Below are positions 15,965-16,417 of a stretch of 16,417 bases of DNA, in pieces; within the stretch, counting starts at the first letter, position 1, and every line of letters starts with the position of its first letter. This DNA is from Candidatus Micrarchaeaceae archaeon (GTDB lineage: Archaea > Micrarchaeota > Micrarchaeia > Micrarchaeales > Micrarchaeaceae). The stretch covers positions 1-16,417 of the forward strand of contig JBEKES010000018.1 in NCBI GenBank assembly GCA_050013715.1, written 5' to 3'. The position numbers and the translations under genes are program-made. The notes under the pieces are model-generated. The model was not told the DNA's origin. It did not search any database and saw nothing but the letters and a program-made list of their open reading frames with translations.

Positions 15965-16417
15965 ATGTTAAAATTGACAAAAGGAACACGATTTAAAACA
16001 GATGCACCAGCAAAACTCAATATAACTTTAAATGTAGGTGGAGTAGAGCAATCAAGTGGGTATCATATATTATCCAGTGTAATGCAAACGGTTTCTCTTA
16101 GCTACCCTGTCTTTTTAGAGAGGACCAATAATAGTGAAGTTAAAATAAGAGGATGTGAAAATATTCACAAAATACTAAGAAAAGCTATTGATAAGTTATC
16201 AGAAGAAACAGGAAAAACCCTATCTTGCATAATTACTATAGAGGATAAACTACTTTTAGGTTCTGGTATGGGTATTGATAGTTCTCATGCTGCAGCTGTA
16301 CTAAGACTTGCTAATGAAGCCTTTGAACTTAATATGCCTATAGAAAAATTACATAAAATTGCAAGTAAGGTTGGAAGTGATGTCCAATTCTTAGTATATG
16401 GAGGAAGAGCTTTCTGT
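15965..16417 (+). CDS. ispE: 4-diphosphocytidyl-2-C-methyl-D-erythritol kinase (GHMP family), 3'-partial; not in the ORF track
   Basis: Manual translation from ATG 15965, open to the window end (151 codons): ...APAKLNITLNV...GYHILSSVMQTVSL...GSGMGIDSSHAAAVL...ASKVGSDVQF.V.GG. The PAKLN, GYH and GSDV motifs are IspE-type. Confidence 0.9.
   Translation, partial: MLKLTKGTRFKTDAPAKLNITLNVGGVEQSSGYHILSSVMQTVSLSYPVFLERTNNSEVKIRGCENIHKILRKAIDKLSEETGKTLSCIITIEDKLLLGSGMGIDSSHAAAVLRLANEAFELNMPIEKLHKIASKVGSDVQFLVYGGRAFC

Overview
This AT-rich window looks archaeal, most like a DPANN lineage: GGTGA Shine-Dalgarno sites, TATA boxes about 25 nt before apparently leaderless starts, and an AglH/GPT glycosylation gene. 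The taxon is inferred, not shown. It has three blocks. (1) Left flank, 1-3540: a hypothetical ORF, an alpha-solenoid repeat protein, and a broken casposon-type family B DNA polymerase (5'-truncated, one frameshift) joined directly to the 5' third of a transglutaminase-like gene. (2) Central block, 3658-14315: a five-gene glycosylation cluster; a minus-strand class III ribonucleotide reductase operon (nrdD, a separate glycyl-radical mini-gene absent from the ORF track with an in-frame TAG at a conserved Trp position, and nrdG) preceded by a ~104-nt nested hairpin leader; an HxlR regulator with a 4-Cys tail; and a divergent two-gene group 3b-like [NiFe]-hydrogenase with a minimal small subunit. 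(3) Right flank: a repeat-rich, T-skewed intergenic region, a hypothetical gene, and divergent MEP-pathway genes ispF and ispE (the latter partial). The best candidate for an undescribed system is the hairpin-led split nrdD / Cys-tailed HxlR / minimal hydrogenase cassette. No rRNA, tRNA or CRISPR array was recognised. Family calls come from motif recognition by eye; no searches were run.
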